Shown here: piece after piece, positions 20,493 through 34,184 of the stretch
Layout: the number at the start of each line of letters is the position of its first letter
Position numbering within the stretch: position 1 is the stretch's first letter
DNA from: Guillardia theta CCMP2712
Taxonomy: Eukaryota; Protista; Cryptophyta
NCBI RefSeq assembly: GCF_000315625.1
Contig: NW_005434658.1
Location: 939,652 to 1,003,651, forward strand
DNA length: 64,000 nucleotides
Reading direction: 5' to 3'
The notes under the pieces: model-generated
The model's database searches: none
What the model was told of the DNA's origin: nothing
What the model saw: only the letters and a program-made list of their open reading frames with translations
Program-made: the position numbers and the translations under genes

Positions 20493-21179
20493 TCAGACTG
20501 AACGTCTGAGCATCGGTACGCGGGTTCCGGCAATAGGAGCAGCGTAAGGAACGACGTCTCCTCGAGTCCCTGCAAGCTCACGAGATATTGCGAGACCAAC
20601 GGGGTCACAACAGAAGCATCCGCTGAGGAGGGAGAGGACAAGCTGTTGCAGCACCAGGCACCCGTTCAAGACGACCACCACGTAGAAGAGCGCGCTCGAG
20701 AAGTAACATACTTGCGAGTAGTTCGTTGGAAGTGTAGTTTGATTTTGACCATCTGCAGAAGGAGTCAGAGGTGTCAACACAGCGGCAGCTCCTTTGTTAT
20801 CACCGCAAACGATTTGTCGTGAATACAAAGTCATCGAGGCGCCTATTGCGCAGATCGCCATCCCAATCAAGCTCATGAACATCACTGACATCACTCCTCC
20901 CCTGCTTCCTCTCGTCCCCGCGTAGAGTCCGATTGCGCCAAAAGTGATTGGAAAGAGCGCGGGCATGGAGCTCCAGGCTGCTAGGACATTCACAAACGTG
21001 TTCAAGAGGTGATGGGATATGGTGCATCCGGTCACTGTGTAGATCTTGCAGGTATCGTCCAGCGGCAACGTGATGAGAACAACGCTTACAATGAAGAGCA
21101 CGGTCGCCAACACAATCCCCAACACGCACATGAGCATGAAGGGACGGTAGACAAACCACACGTTCCCCGATCCAGGCAT
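20493..21179 (-). CDS. Four-transmembrane-helix membrane protein of unknown function
   Basis: 228-aa ORF with four hydrophobic segments and Cys-containing loops. Confidence 0.7.
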   Translation of the reverse strand: MPGSGNVWFVYRPFMLMCVLGIVLATVLFIVSVVLITLPLDDTCKIYTVTGCTISHHLLNTFVNVLAAWSSMPALFPITFGAIGLYAGTRGSRGGVMSVMFMSLIGMAICAIGASMTLYSRQIVCGDNKGAAAVLTPLTPSADGQNQTTLPTNYSQVCYFSSALFYVVVVLNGCLVLQQLVLSLLSGCFCCDPVGLAISRELAGTRGDVVPYAAPIAGTRVPMLRRSV

Positions 21180-22972
21180 CGCGCTTGGTAGAAAACTTTC
21201 TCCTGTGGATTCGAAGAGCGAGCAAAGGATCCTCTCACGTTTTGATCTTTCTGATTGGTTCGGCCTAAAAGTTCAAGGAATGTGTTACACAGACGAAAAA
21301 GCAAAGAAGGAATAATCATCTCTCTTCCATAATTTCTAATGACAAGGATTGTTTCCCTCTTTCATCTCTTTCCCCATTGTTTCACTTCTTCACTACACCG
21401 CGCGCTATCTCTCCCCCTGCGCCGGGCGCAGTCAACTTCAGGCCGGAAGCTACCCCATCACGTTTCTCTCACTTGGCATTGCTCTGTCTTCTCTTGGGCT
21501 CCTCCTCTCCCCTCTCCTCCCTCCTATCCTTTCCCTCGACGTTGGACTTTTCCATCTTCCCCCCCCCCCCCATGCTCCCCCGCCACCCTCACCCCGCCTC
21601 CATCTCCGTTGCTCATGTTTGTCCGTCATCCAGCATTGTGGCTGGTCTGTCATTTGACAGGGTGGAAAGATAGGGTGGGTTATAACCAACCAGGGGTATG
21701 TTCAAAAGTTGTCCTCATAAGTACCCCCTCCCAGCATATGGCTTCTCAGGGTAGACTTGAAGTTCAGTAGGACCGGGTGGTGGAATCGCCTCAGTCAACC
21801 TTCAACTCCAAGAGGGTACTATTAGTTCTCGCCGACACTGAGGGAGGGGTAGTGCTGTAGGCCCGTTGCATCTCATAGGTAACGGTATTGATGACGCCGG
21901 CACCGTGCCAGTGCCGCACTGCCGGGCAGTGCTCCTGACACTGTCGCACTGGCCAAACGGCGAGTCTCGAAGAGACTGAGTGACTTCCGGCGAAAAGACA
22001 GCGAGACTCCAAAAGGCCGCCGAAGGAATGAGACGCATACCGGAATGCATCCACGATGATCGGATGGCGCGGCGAAGGACAGGGCCGGGAGGCCTTGAGC
22101 CGCTGGGCCGACTCATGCGTTTGCAGCGCGGGCCGCCTGGCACTGCGGCCGCCCGGCCGGCGGCCGCGGCGGCCGCCGGATTGACGCCGAGGTAGTCAAC
22201 GGCGACTCGAATCCGCGCCCGGGCCGAGCAGCCTCCAATTGGCAGGCTGGCAGGCTGGCAGGCTGGCCCTGAGGCTGGCAGGCTGGCAAGTTAAGCGGGC
22301 CCGGCGCACTCAGTGTAGTACGGTGTACTCCGTACGGGGTCGGATCGTACCGTATCGGTACTACAGCCTGAGACTTAGGCTGCAAAACTTCACGCGGCGA
22401 CTCGTGTGTCGGCTCTCTCGGGCCGGCCGGGCTCAGGGCCGGGGCCGGGCCAACCGGGGGCCGGCGGGTGGCACTGTACGGTGACAAACACTGTGACTGC
22501 ACTGCAAGGCTTGTACGGACGGTCGGACGGTCAGCGGCGCTGAGCCCGGCTCAGCGGAATGAGGGGGATGAGGGAGATGAGTGGCGGGAAAAGCAAGGGA
22601 ATGTAAAACATGAAGCGTTAGGGAGAGAGAGCGGGAAAGAGACGAGTAGAAAGATGCAGAGTAGCAGCAGGATCAAGGTCACGAGAAGAAGGAACGTATG
22701 GGATCAAGGGTTGCAAATGTATGAGCAGGGGATAGTTTGAACAGGAGAGGCCAGCGTGAGCGCTTGATCTGAGCAGGAGCAAGTGCGAGGAAGTCGAGAG
22801 TTGGGGTTGAAAGATCATTTATCAAAGAAGAGGGAAGAGGAGACATTGAAAAGATGCCAGGGAGATCTTTCCTCAGCGAGATAGCCCTTCCTCCTTGCTT
22901 TCCCTCCTCAGATGCCAAGGAGAGATGCTGAGGAGGAAAAGCAAACTCATTGACCTCTTCCTCACAGGCAGA

Positions 22973-23514
22973 ATGCTCACAGTGAATCTGTCTGAAGATC
23001 AACGCGAGGTACTCAGTCCATCATCCTCTACTACCGAATCACATGTTTCCCCTCAGGCCTTCGAATCGTTGCAGTCAACGTACAATGGTCACAGAAACAA
23101 GCATCGCTCTGTGCTCGCTCAGCTCGGACTAGTGGAGCGCGAGAGGAAGAGGAATACTCTGACTCTCAATGAGCTGGAGGCGCTTCCAACCAACACCAAC
23201 ACCTACAAGGCCATCGGCAAGATGTTTCTCATGGTGCGCATATGCTGGTGCTGGTGGTGCTTGTGCTGGCTGCTGCTGCTGCTTCTGCTGCTGCTTCTGC
23301 ACTCCCCATGACTTTCGTCTCTCGTCTCTTGCAGGAGCCCTGTGACAAACTCAAGGCCGAGTTGGTGTCAGCAAACCAGGAGGGGGAGCAGAGCGCTAAG
23401 AAGTTGAGCGAGCAGAAGGCAGCGCTTGAGAACGCTCTGAGTGACTCAGAGCAGAAGATCAAAGACTTTCTTGACACTCATGGAACGAAGGAGGGAGGAG
23501 AGAAGCAAGAGTGA
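22973..23514 (+). CDS. PFDN1: Prefoldin subunit 1 (beta type), 3 exons
   Basis: ERERKRNTLTLNELEALPTNTNTYKAIGKMFL hairpin motif followed by a coiled coil. Confidence 0.85.
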
Positions 23515-23899
23515 AGAATGTAGGAGGGAGAAGCAGAGATGGAAGCAAGTCATAGTGGGAAATGAGAAGGGCGTGAAGGTTTCGGTTGTTTATCTTGATC
23601 AACAACTTCAACTTGCTGCTCGGGTCTTTCCTTCTCTTACCATTACATGCTGCCTGTCTTTCCTCTTCCCCTTCCCCGAGTTATCTATCGACCTCAACCC
23701 TCCTCCACCGCACGCTACCTCCCTCGTGCGACTCCCCCCCCCCCCCCCCCTCCCCCGAGAAACAATCCTAGCTTACCCCTCCTCTTGCTCCTCTGCTAAT
23801 GTTGCAACCCCCTCGCACCGCTCCTCGTCTGAACTCCTTCACTTCGCTACGTCTGCGTCTGCACCCTTGCTCTCGCGCTGAATCCCAGCTTCCGCCCTC

Positions 23900-26800
23900 G
23901 CGGTTGTCCCGGCAGGTTCATGTTTGCCGCAGTCGCTCTGTGCTGGGGGTTAGCTCGAAGCAGCACCAGGCGAGCAGCTCACCGAGCTTCGAGCGCTGCC
24001 GACGCCATGGCAGCGGCGGCGCCTGACGGAATGCCACCGATGCCCACGACCTTGGAGCCGGGACGATCCCCCGAGCGAGGCCGACCGACCCCTCGCGCCC
24101 TGTCTTAGGCGTCAGCAGCTGAAGGCGCTCCCAGCTCAGGCTCACTTTTCCGCAAACTTGCTGTGAGGACTCGCTCGTCTCTCGGCTGCTAAGGCCCAGT
24201 TTTCCACGTCCCGTTGCTGCGAGGAGGAAGTGACGAGGAGGGCAGTGAGGAAGTGACGCTACCTGATCCCCGTCGCTTGTGCTCCCGGTGCTGCTGCTCC
24301 CGATCCGTGGGCGGCCGCTGATCTTGCCTGCGGCGAGATCAACAAAAAGCTGACGAAGAGGAGGAGGGGAGGGAGGAGCACCAGCCGGAAGGAAGAAATC
24401 TCCGGTGGAGTTGTGGAAGGGATGCCAGTCGATCTCTGAGCGGGCCGAGTCCACGTTCTTGCTGCCCAGCCCGATACAGACGAAGGAGGCAGTGCCGGCA
24501 GAGCCGCCTTGATGCTGAGCAGCCGGGAGGTGGGACTGAACTCCTCCTCCCAGTTGATCGAAAGTCACTGAAGACAACTTGATTGGGACCTTCCCAGCGC
24601 TCTGGTTGGCAACTGCCTGAGCTACGGCCTGGCTGGGGTAGTTGGAGTTGTTTCGGGCGTCGATGGTGAACAAGATGTCCACTCGCTCTCTCTCCTCCAC
24701 TGTGACCTCCTTGTTGTCAAGCAGCTTCAGCGTAGGAAGCTTCTGAATCGCCGTCGCTCTGTACAGCTGCTTCCGCGCGACTGGATTGTTTGCCTGAGAG
24801 CCAACGAGGTCAGGAGGTATGGCAGGGCGGAGAAAAGGAGGACAAGGTCCATGCAAAAGACGGAGGGGGGAGGGAGTAGGGAACAGTTGGAGGACGAGCG
24901 AGGAGGAGGAAGAGGAGGGAGCAAAGAAGGTTGAGCAGAATGACGCGGAGGGAAAGAAGGGATGGGAAGACTGACCAGCGTCAGGTCAACAACAGCTGGG
25001 AGAGGTGACAGTTTGTCAATGTCGGACATCTCTGAGATCCTGTTGGAGCCGACGTGGAGGACTTGTAACTTAGGAAGGGGAAGGAAATTGGAGAGAGACT
25101 TGAGGCCGTTCTCCTCGATGTACAGCTCCCTCAGGTTCTTCAGGGGAGAGAAAGCACCGTACTCCACATGGCGGATCTTGTTCTTGTCCAGCACCAGCTC
25201 ACGAACTTGCGTGAGGTTCTCGAGGCCGTCGATACGAGAGATGTCGTTGCCTTGCACGAAGAGGACTTTGAGGTTGGAGAGAGGAAGGAGGCGGAGCGAA
25301 GCGAGAGAGTGGATCTCGTTGAAGCCGAGCTGCAGGACTTCGAGGGAGGAGAAGGCGATGACGGGTACCACCGGAGCGTCCGAGCCGTTGCGCTGCTTCT
25401 CAGGGAGCAGGTTCTCGATCCGGTTGTGGTTGAGGCGGAGGACAGAGAGGGAGCTGAGGTCGGCGATGCCGGTGAGGTCGGTGATGAGGTTGTTGTCCAG
25501 GTTGAGGATCCGGAGGTTGGGGAAAAAGGCGCCGGTGATGCAGTCGGCTGTGTCGCGGATCTTGCAGGAGGCGAGGTCGAGCTCGCTGACATGGCCGAAG
25601 CTGCTATGCCCCAACCTGTCCACCAGGAACTCCTCCGACAGCCTCCCACTGTACGTCTCGTTCGCACTCGACTGCTCGCCGCTCTCCACCCCGAGGCCGT
25701 CCAGGACTTTGAGCTTCTTGAGGTGGAAGATGGTGTAGAGCCGATAGTCTCCGCGCGTCGCCACAGGGTTGCCAGAGAGATCGAAGATGATAAGCTTGGG
25801 GAGAGGGCGGAGCTGCAGGATCTGCTTCGTCTCTTCCACCTTGTTGTTCCCCACGTACAACTCCAGTAGGGTCGTCAAAGTGTTGAGGCCACTCAGAGTT
25901 TCGATCTCGTTGTCTTCCAGCGACAGCTGAACGATGTTGGTCAGGCCTTCCAAGCCCTCGATCCTCGCTATCTTGTTCTTCCCCAGGTCCAGCTTCTTCA
26001 GGTTCACCAGAGTTGACAGGAATTCTATCTTAGAGATCCGGTTCTCCTCCATCAGCAGCTCCTCCAGGAGAGTACATCTCTCGAGTCCCTGGAGCGAGAG
26101 GATCTCATTGTCACATACCGACAGCACCCTGAGGTTCACGAGCTTCTCGAGGTTCGAGAGTTTCCTCAGGTGCCGATGGTTCAGCTCCAGATCCACCACT
26201 CGCTCACACCACGAGTCGTCGTCAGGCCCGTGCGACACGAGCTCCTTGTCAGACAAGGTTCGCACCCGATGGCTCTGCGGGAGAAGGCTCCAGGTCGACC
26301 TCCGCTGGACGAAAGCGCACTCCTTGATCATGTTCAGCTTGATGGACGATGTGTTGGTCAGCGCCTCCTGCCGCTCAGACTCGGACACTTTCCTCCCATC
26401 GAGCATCTCGAGCTTCAGCAGGCGGCGGAGCACGTAGAACCGATAGCTCTTGAGCTCGCAGACAGCGTTGTTGGAGAGGTTGAGGACGATCAGATTGGGC
26501 GTGTACTTGCGCAGGGCAGAGAGATCCTCCGCCCGGTAGAGGAGGTTGTTGTTGACCTCCAAGGATGTGAGAGTAGAAAGCGTCTTCAAGTTGTCCAGCC
26601 TGCGGATCAGGTTGAAACTGAGATCGAGCGTCTTGAGGGACACGAAGGTTTCCAGTCCTTCGATTTTGGAGATCTCGTTGAAGCTCAAGATCAGCGTCTC
26701 GAGGTTGACCAGCCCCGTCAGGTTCTCGAGCTTCTTGATCGAGTTGCTGTGCAGGTTGAGGTATTTGACGTTTGAGAGGTCGGCGCCGCAACGGACCATG

Positions 26801-29090
26801 ATGGTGTCAAGTGATATCATGGTGATGCTGGACCTGTCGGGGATGATGGGCGGAGAGTTGAGGATCTTTGTACACTCGTCTTCCTCTGGACGGTTCGACT
26901 GGATCTTCAAGTTGCACTGGTACAAGAACTTGATGAGAGACCTCGCGAGGGGGCCCATGTCGCTTGCCTCAGTCTCGTTCTGAGGATGGAGGACTCCCTT
27001 CTCGACCAGCTCCGTCATGAAGGACAAGGGCGGGTCCGGGATGCTCTTGTGCTTCATGACGTACTCGAACTCCACGAGGTATTCCGGCAGGACGAGGTAG
27101 TGGTCGAACACGAACCACGTTCGCTGCTTCGTGTCAGCTGGTTTCACCCTGTACACGGAGTCATGCTTGGGGTAGCTGTTGCGGTTCAGAGGCAGCGGCT
27201 TCTGGGCGTCCAAGTCGTCCTCCGGCTCGTCCTGCCCTGTCTCTGCGTTGGTCTTGCTCGAGCTCTTCTCAGCTGTGCAGCGAGCAAGAAACACTTTGGT
27301 GATCAACAGTTGCCCGTTGCCGAGCTCGATTCCGAATCTCATTTTCGGGGTGCCGTCGGGGTTGCATGCTATGCCCTGCTTCTTCAGAGCGTCTTGTATG
27401 CGCGGGATGTCGGCAATGGACAGACTGTTGGACAGCGACACAGCTGCCTCCATGCCGATCTCCCCGTAGAAGTCTGCAGCGCGGAATCCTTCTTCTGCCA
27501 CTCGCAAGATCTCTCCAGGCAATCTAGGAAGCGAGAAGCAAAAGTCACAAACAGTCACTTTCTCCGCATGGCAGGTTCACCTGGGGTCCTGTCCATAGAA
27601 GAGATACTCCAGACTCCGTTTGTACGAACCGTCTGAGGTGTCAACAAGCTGCTCTAGCCGCTCCTCGAACCGGTTGCGTAGGAACCGGTTGTGAATTCTT
27701 GTCACACGTACGACCCTGAGGTCACTGACACCGTAGGATTGAAAATCTTGTTGGAAGAACCGAGAGTTGACCAGATCCACGCAACTTGAGTACCAGACGT
27801 CTGATGGCTTACCATCTTCAAGCCGAATGTTTCCACCCGTTTCAAGCTCAACGATCAAGCGGCTCGTGTTGTAATCAGATATCGCACAGACCTGCAGTAG
27901 AGATGAGAACAATTGAGAATCAGAGGGAAGACGATCATCTCCTTTGTCACCTGTGTCTTCATGTTAAGCATCATGTCTTCAGCTTCTTGGATCTCGTTTT
28001 GCTTGTTCTCAATCGCCTGGTATGAATCTTTCAGGGAAGAAACAGAAAATGTAGGGATTCACCTCTTTCAACAGCTTCAGCTTAGCTTTGTAAGAAGCTG
28101 CCTGGTTGGCATCCATCGTTGCTTTCCCATATTGGCACTCCTGAGTTTCACGCTCGATATCCTAGCAAATGCTCAGACTTCAAGTGTGTTCGATTCCAAA
28201 TGACAAACCTTTTGTTGACGAATCAGCAGCATCAAGGTCTTGCTCAATTCTTCTTTCAAGTTCAAACAGGCATCTCGTCCTTTTCTCAAGATATTGGTGG
28301 TATTTCGTTTGAGTGTTTTGATCCTCATGTTGTAATACATCTTCTTCTTCATGTATGTTGCTTCTGCAAGCTGCTTTCCCTCTTCAGGAATCGGTAGAGT
28401 GTCCATGTGAGACAGCTGCTGCAGATGAAAGAACACATAGGTTTGATAGTTACAGAGATCGCAAACAGGGTTGTCGCCCCAATCAGGATCGTTGAAAGCT
28501 AGTTTTCTGAGAGATGTCGACCTCGTAATGTTCAGAAGGTCCTTGAAGCTCCACAGCTCATTTCCAGCAAGATTCAGCTCTGACAGATTTGTACAGCTAT
28601 CTAATGACGATCCGATCTCATGGATTTTGTTTCGCGCCAGAGAGAGCTGTTTCAGGTTGCAAAGAGAGTCCAGGTTTTCTATTTCGCTGATCTCGTTGTC
28701 CTGCAGCCACAGAGTCTGAATCAGAGTGAGGTGTTGCAAGTTCTCCAATTTCCTGATCTTATTCGAGTATAAGAAAAGGCGCTCCAGCTTTATGTTGTTG
28801 TCTAGGCCCTTTATCTTTGAGATGTTCGTTTCACATATCCACAGGCTTTCAAGGTGACGCAGCGCGTCCAAACACTCAATCTCATAGATGGCTTGTTGGC
28901 AGATGAATAGGCTTGTCAACCCAGTGAAGATATCAAGGGATTGGATCTTAGAGAAGTTGAACAAGAACATCTCGATTTGCTTGACAGATTCTGGTTCCTC
29001 CTGCGCAACCTTGTCGGAGATACCATTTGCTTCAAGGATTCCCTTGAGGGCTTCTGCAGCCCCTTTAATCTTCCCAGACACTGGCGCCAT
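23900..29090 (-). CDS. LRRC9: Leucine-rich repeat-containing protein 9 (SDS22-like LRRs with central PARP-like region), multi-exon
   Basis: Several LRR blocks plus KKKMYYNMR, RIHNRFLRNRFE, LEYLFY, WFVFDHYLVLPEYLVEFEY; 3' end approximate. Confidence 0.88.
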
Positions 29091-32000
29091 CAGATATGCA
29101 TGCGATTCAAAGCATTATCGATTGCAAATTATGCTCCATGCGCACATGACGGAAGTTGACGAGGGAAGTCTGAATTCATGTCATTTCGACAGGAAATCGA
29201 ATAATGAGTCATCGGATCAAACGATAGAAACTAACTTAGAAGAGATATATTCAGCATTCATCAACTAGAGCTATAACCATAAGCCAACGAGCAGTAACGA
29301 GATGGGCATGAAACATTGATTTGAAATAGATAAGTTTCTTGTACGCGATCAACATGATTTTGCAAGCGGAAGGAGAGATAACGAATGCATTCTTTACAGC
29401 CACTTATGATATTACTGCCGATGAGATCATGGCCATGATTATGTTGTTGTTGTGTTGATGATGATTATGATAATGACGAAAGTGAGTTATTAGTGATTGA
29501 ATTATTCAATAAGTAATCAAAGCGTTCGAGATGTTTGATGACGATAGAGATGGTCACGTTGAAGGTGATAATGATCGTAGATGATATTGATAATTATGCA
29601 AAGAATAGTAGTCCAGTTGATAACCACTATAACGCTGGCATCATCGGAAAGGAAGCATACAGACGTAAAGTGACAATCAAACATGATGATATCAGTGATG
29701 ATGAAGACTTTCTACATGGGGAGTGTGAAAACCAATAGGTATAGTCGATTACACATTTCTGGTGAGTCCAATGATTTCTTTCCTCTGCTCGGGGAATAAC
29801 TTCTCCTCCTCCTCCTACCTGCCGCTTTTTCCCTGCCGTCGGCCATCGTCCGTTCCCCTGCAGTGGATGGCCCGCCTCCTTAATATCTCACATATCCGCC
29901 CACCTACCCTCTCTATTCCTGCAACTCCACCCCACCCTTCTCATCTAAAACCACCTGAAGTTAAGACCTCTACCCCTCCCTTCGAGTCAAAATACCCCCT
30001 TATGACACAGGGCCCTCCCCTTCAAATTCATACCCCACCCATCTTTTTTTCATTCACCCCTACCTGCTCCTATTCAATAGTACCTACCACTACCCTCACC
30101 CTTCCCTTCATCTCTTATCGAGGGTGGTGAAAGTTGGGGAGGTCGTCGAATGGCTAATCTGAGTCCGCCTCAGTAGTACATTTCAAATCCGAGTCAGTCG
30201 AGTGGTCCGATCACCGGGTGCCACTCCGAGTCACTCGGCTGAGCCTCCGGACTCGTGGCCCCGGCGAACCCGGCAGTTGCACCGGCCCGGGCTGCAGTGC
30301 GGGGGGCGGCCGTGACCCTTTGCTCAATAAGCTTCCGAGGAAACTTGATGGGGCCGGGCCCGCCGGGCGGTCAGCGTGGCCGCGCCCGCGGCACCCCCGG
30401 GCGCAGCCTGTCGGAGCCAGCGGCCCCGGCGGCCCCTCGGACCGGCGCCGGGACCGTCTCCCGGAGCCTCGGAGGCTCCCGGAGTCCGACTGCCGTGCCG
30501 CCAGCCTGCCTGTCAGGGACTCGGCCGCCCGGCCCGCCGGCCGGGCGTCTGACCCACCGGCGGCCCGGGGGGGACCTGCGCGCAGTGAGTTCTCTCATTC
30601 TCATACATAGCAGTAAGTAGTATCGTCCGTGACGTGCCGCTGCAGTGCGGCGGGGCCCGGCGGCCTGGCCGCGGCGGCCATCATGATCCGGCCCAGCCGG
30701 GCGGACTGAGTGACTAAGTTCAAGCCTCGGTTGTGCCGTGGCCGTGCGGGGGCCACCAGTTGAACGCGTTCAGTAATGATGTCGACAATCATGCGGCTGT
30801 GACTTAGCTTGGTGCCAATCTGGACATTGTAGGCATTCTGCTGCTCAAATGAATGCGATTGAGTGTTACAGAGGCTTCGAGGAAAAGTTACGTTGACAAA
30901 AAGTCTGATTAAGAGAAGTAAAGTATGAAATTGGCTCCAAGACTTTCAAGATCATGTTTCTAAATCGTTCAAATTGAATTTTCAATACTGCAATCAACAT
31001 TCAATATCCGCTGTAACATCCTCCCTGGTCGAAAATATTTCTGTACAAGGTCCCCTCATGCGCTTTTCTTATTCCAGCAGGCATATTTCTCATCGACACT
31101 GCCGCTGAAGCATTTCAACGCACCAGAGTAAGAGGAAGAGTCAACTGGGCTCATCCATGTGCCTTTGAGCAATCGCATCGCATCATGGCGTTCCCCGGTA
31201 GAAACTCCATCTACCATCGATGTTAGTAAACCATCAAACGAGTGCTGGTGGACGATGCTTGGCACACTAATTTGCCGCACAAAATCCTCCGAACCCATCT
31301 TCTACCTCTCATTTGTTCCCAAAACCGCATCACAAAACTCACCTACGACGCCCGCCTCTGACGACCAGTAAATGGACGATGGAAGCATCGTCATCCTGAG
31401 GCCTTCGAACATCCTGGTCGAGCAAGCCTGCTCTTTTTCTCTTGTTCACAGCAGGATTAGTACCTCGCGCTAGCTGTTGCAGGGTGACGATGAGTCACGT
31501 CTGGACTGCTTCTTTCCTCCTTGCTCCCGCTCTCACTTGTCTTCAGTTACACCCACGCCATGTCCTCCCCTCAGCGCAAATAGCAACCAAAACTGCAGTT
31601 CTTGAGCCCGCCTCACGAATTTATCACCTACCCCACTAGTTCCGGTTGCACTTGCTGCAAACCATGGGTGCATGATATTCTTTCTATGAAATCCAGTTCC
31701 CCTCAGGATGCGTATTAGCAAATAAATAAAGGCATCAAATACTTCACATGAATATTGACTACCCCTCGTAGAAGGTACAATCAGCGGTTGGGGTGGGGGT
31801 ATCATGAAGAGGTACAGAAAGTGGCTCTTCGACATGGGATGTCTCTTCGGGTGCCTAGGGCTAATACCACCCCTCCTTCCTAGAGGAAGTACCCCCCACC
31901 CACCCCCCAATTTAAAGCTCTGCGTCCTAACCTTTCACACATCCTGCAGGTATGGCATGCGATGCTCACGTGGACGGTGTTTGATGGAAGGCGCCCGTTC

Positions 32001-32350
32001 GCCTTGCCTCTTCTTCGATGAGCTTCTGATAACATCACTCTTCCAACCGAACTGATTGTTGTTACACTCGTCCTGAAGCTTTGTTTTTTTCTGTTTGTTG
32101 ATGGTTGTCTGCGGTTTGTACTGTAGATTTTCATCCGAGACACGTGTTATGCAAGAATGATTCATCCTCGTCTCTACTGTCTCAAAGAGACGTATCCGAT
32201 CTAATTTTGCAGCTCCTTATTGTGTTCTGTATTGTGACTTCAGATGCTTGTGCCACCTTCCTATTGCTGCCCCTATGATTGATGACTCATCATGGATTTT
32301 TTCCTCCATTGCAAGCCCTCACTTCAATTGTCTCTAATTTATGTTACAGA

Positions 32351-32536
32351 ATGCGCACCATCCTCTACGGAAAGAAGGCCGCCAACCTTTACACCCAGGC
32401 TTTTGTCCAGAACACCCAGGCCCGTGCTCTCTACCAGGAGTCCGAGGACACCTACTACCGTGCCAACGATGCCGCCTCCTACGATGACTGGCGCCGCGCC
32501 CGCCACCAGTGGGACTACTTCTACAACCGCCATTAA
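32351..32536 (+). CDS. Small 61-aa Tyr/Ala/Asp-rich protein with strong codon bias
   Basis: Codons mostly C/G-ending (GCC, TAC, AAC, ACC, CGC); preceded by an acceptor-like TTACAG. Confidence 0.65.
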   Translation: MRTILYGKKAANLYTQAFVQNTQARALYQESEDTYYRANDAASYDDWRRARHQWDYFYNRH

Positions 32537-32699
32537 ACAGGAGGTTGTTTAGTAGGCTTTTTCTCTGTAGAAGGTTGTTGCAAGAATGGACAGGATCGTG
32601 AGTTTCAATATATGAGCAAAAATTGATGTCAAGAAAATGTTATCCTGTTTGGGGTTCTGTAGTTCGCATCTATTTTTCCGAAGCTATCATCGCTGTCAG

Positions 32700-34184
32700 T
32701 GGACCAAAGACAATCTGTTTCGCTCACGTGTTCATTCTCTTGAGCTTGACTTTCACCTTGCGGAAGCTCCTCCCCTGATAGTTCAGTTAGACATAGTGAG
32801 GCTTGCAAGCACGCACCGAATGTTCATTTAAGCGTCGTGAGCCCATGTCCGCCGCCAGCATGTTGGGTCCAGACGTAACGGGCTGTCTGTCTGTTAGCAG
32901 TGCAGAGAACTACCTTCCATGTACCTGATGCTTGCGATGAACGAAAGTATTCGAGGGCGAGGGTTGATATGGCTCTCTGCCGCGGTATAGAGGTGCCCCC
33001 GGTCTGCTTGCTGCAGGCGAATTTCCTATGACAAGTTAGCCCATCACAAGTGATACCTGACGCTTGAAAGCTTACCTGACCCTCTCCATGGCGAGTGCTG
33101 TGCTTCAGAACCCCGTTCCCCAGTACCATTCTCCTGTCCAATCTATCAGATATACCAAGATGTCAAACTTCAAGTCTTCTTGCAGGGAACCTGGACTAGA
33201 TTCTTCTTTTCTGTTTGACTGGCTGTGTCCTGGCTGTGAAAATTTTCAGCGGCATGAAAAATGAGACAACGAGACATACTTTGCAGGGGCGAGGGGTTGC
33301 ACGAGGTCATCTTGTGTCGTTGCCGGATTCTTCTTGCTGCTAGATTTGTTTTGCTTTGGTGCTTTTGCTGCGATCTTGATGCTGCGCGATCCAGCCATGC
33401 CTTTCATACCACCCTCCTTTCCTGGCATTTCCAGATTATCAGCATTCTTTTCCCCAGCGGTTGTAACTTGAGGGCATGCAGCATCCTCATCAATACGATG
33501 AGGATTTTCCTTGACTACCAATTTCTCCTTTTTTTCCTCCTTGATTTTCTTTTCTTCCTTTTCCTTGTTGGCTTTCTTTTTGCCAGAAGCTGCAACTTCA
33601 AGATTTGCAGCCTCGTTTTTGATCGAGGGCTTTCCTGAGTCATTCATTTTTTCCTCTTTGTCTTTCTGCTTCTTCTGCTTTTTCTCCGCTTTAACAGAAG
33701 GAGTTTCGCCGAGACCACTCTTTGTCGTGATCTTGTGATCCGATGTTTTGGAATGCTTCTTCTTAGTGGGTCGCCCCTCCGAAGAAATCGTTTGAGGTTT
33801 CTCATTTTCAGGGATTGCTTCATGGTCTATGACATCATTGTTTCCTGCATTGCGACGTTTTTTAACTGATTTTTTCTCAATGCGGGAACCTAAGAATGAT
33901 GGATCTTGGGGGTCTTGCTCAGATGCATTCTTTTTCTTCCCTCCACGCAGTCTGTTGAGCAAGAATACATCATTGTTGACATAATTTCTTCTTGTAATCA
34001 TCTCATCCTTAGCTATCTGATTCAGAAAGGGGCTGAGGGGACGATTGGTACCTAAGGCCAATGCTGGGACGCATCTCGAAACGGATCTGCGTGACTCCCT
34101 TGAATGCACGCATCCATCGATAACAAGAGACAAGAGGAGGATCGTGATAGATTTCTTGAGGAGACTTGCTTGGTGGGACGCCAT
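32700..34184 (-). CDS. Hypothetical protein: signal-peptide-like leader, RLRGG motif, Lys/Glu-rich region; several small 3' exons
   Basis: Long first exon (ORF 33246..34217) and GT-AG bounded downstream exons; 3' end approximate. Confidence 0.6.

Noticed and set aside
21750-22560. Short Arg/Pro/Gly/Ala-rich ORFs in the GC islands (also about 30200-30800 and 51300-52000)
   Set aside because: Expected from stop-codon scarcity at high GC; no domains or consistent codon pattern.
24962-27636. Long plus-strand ORFs opposite LRRC9
   Set aside because: Antisense shadows of a high-GC3 coding strand.
29300-29740. AT-richer (GAT)-rich stretch as a second foreign insert
   Set aside because: Degenerate simple repeat in the LRRC9 5' flank, with no ORF or terminal repeats.
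31056-31600. Small minus-strand gene
   Set aside because: Plausible exon fragments, but no recognisable product or reliable gene structure.
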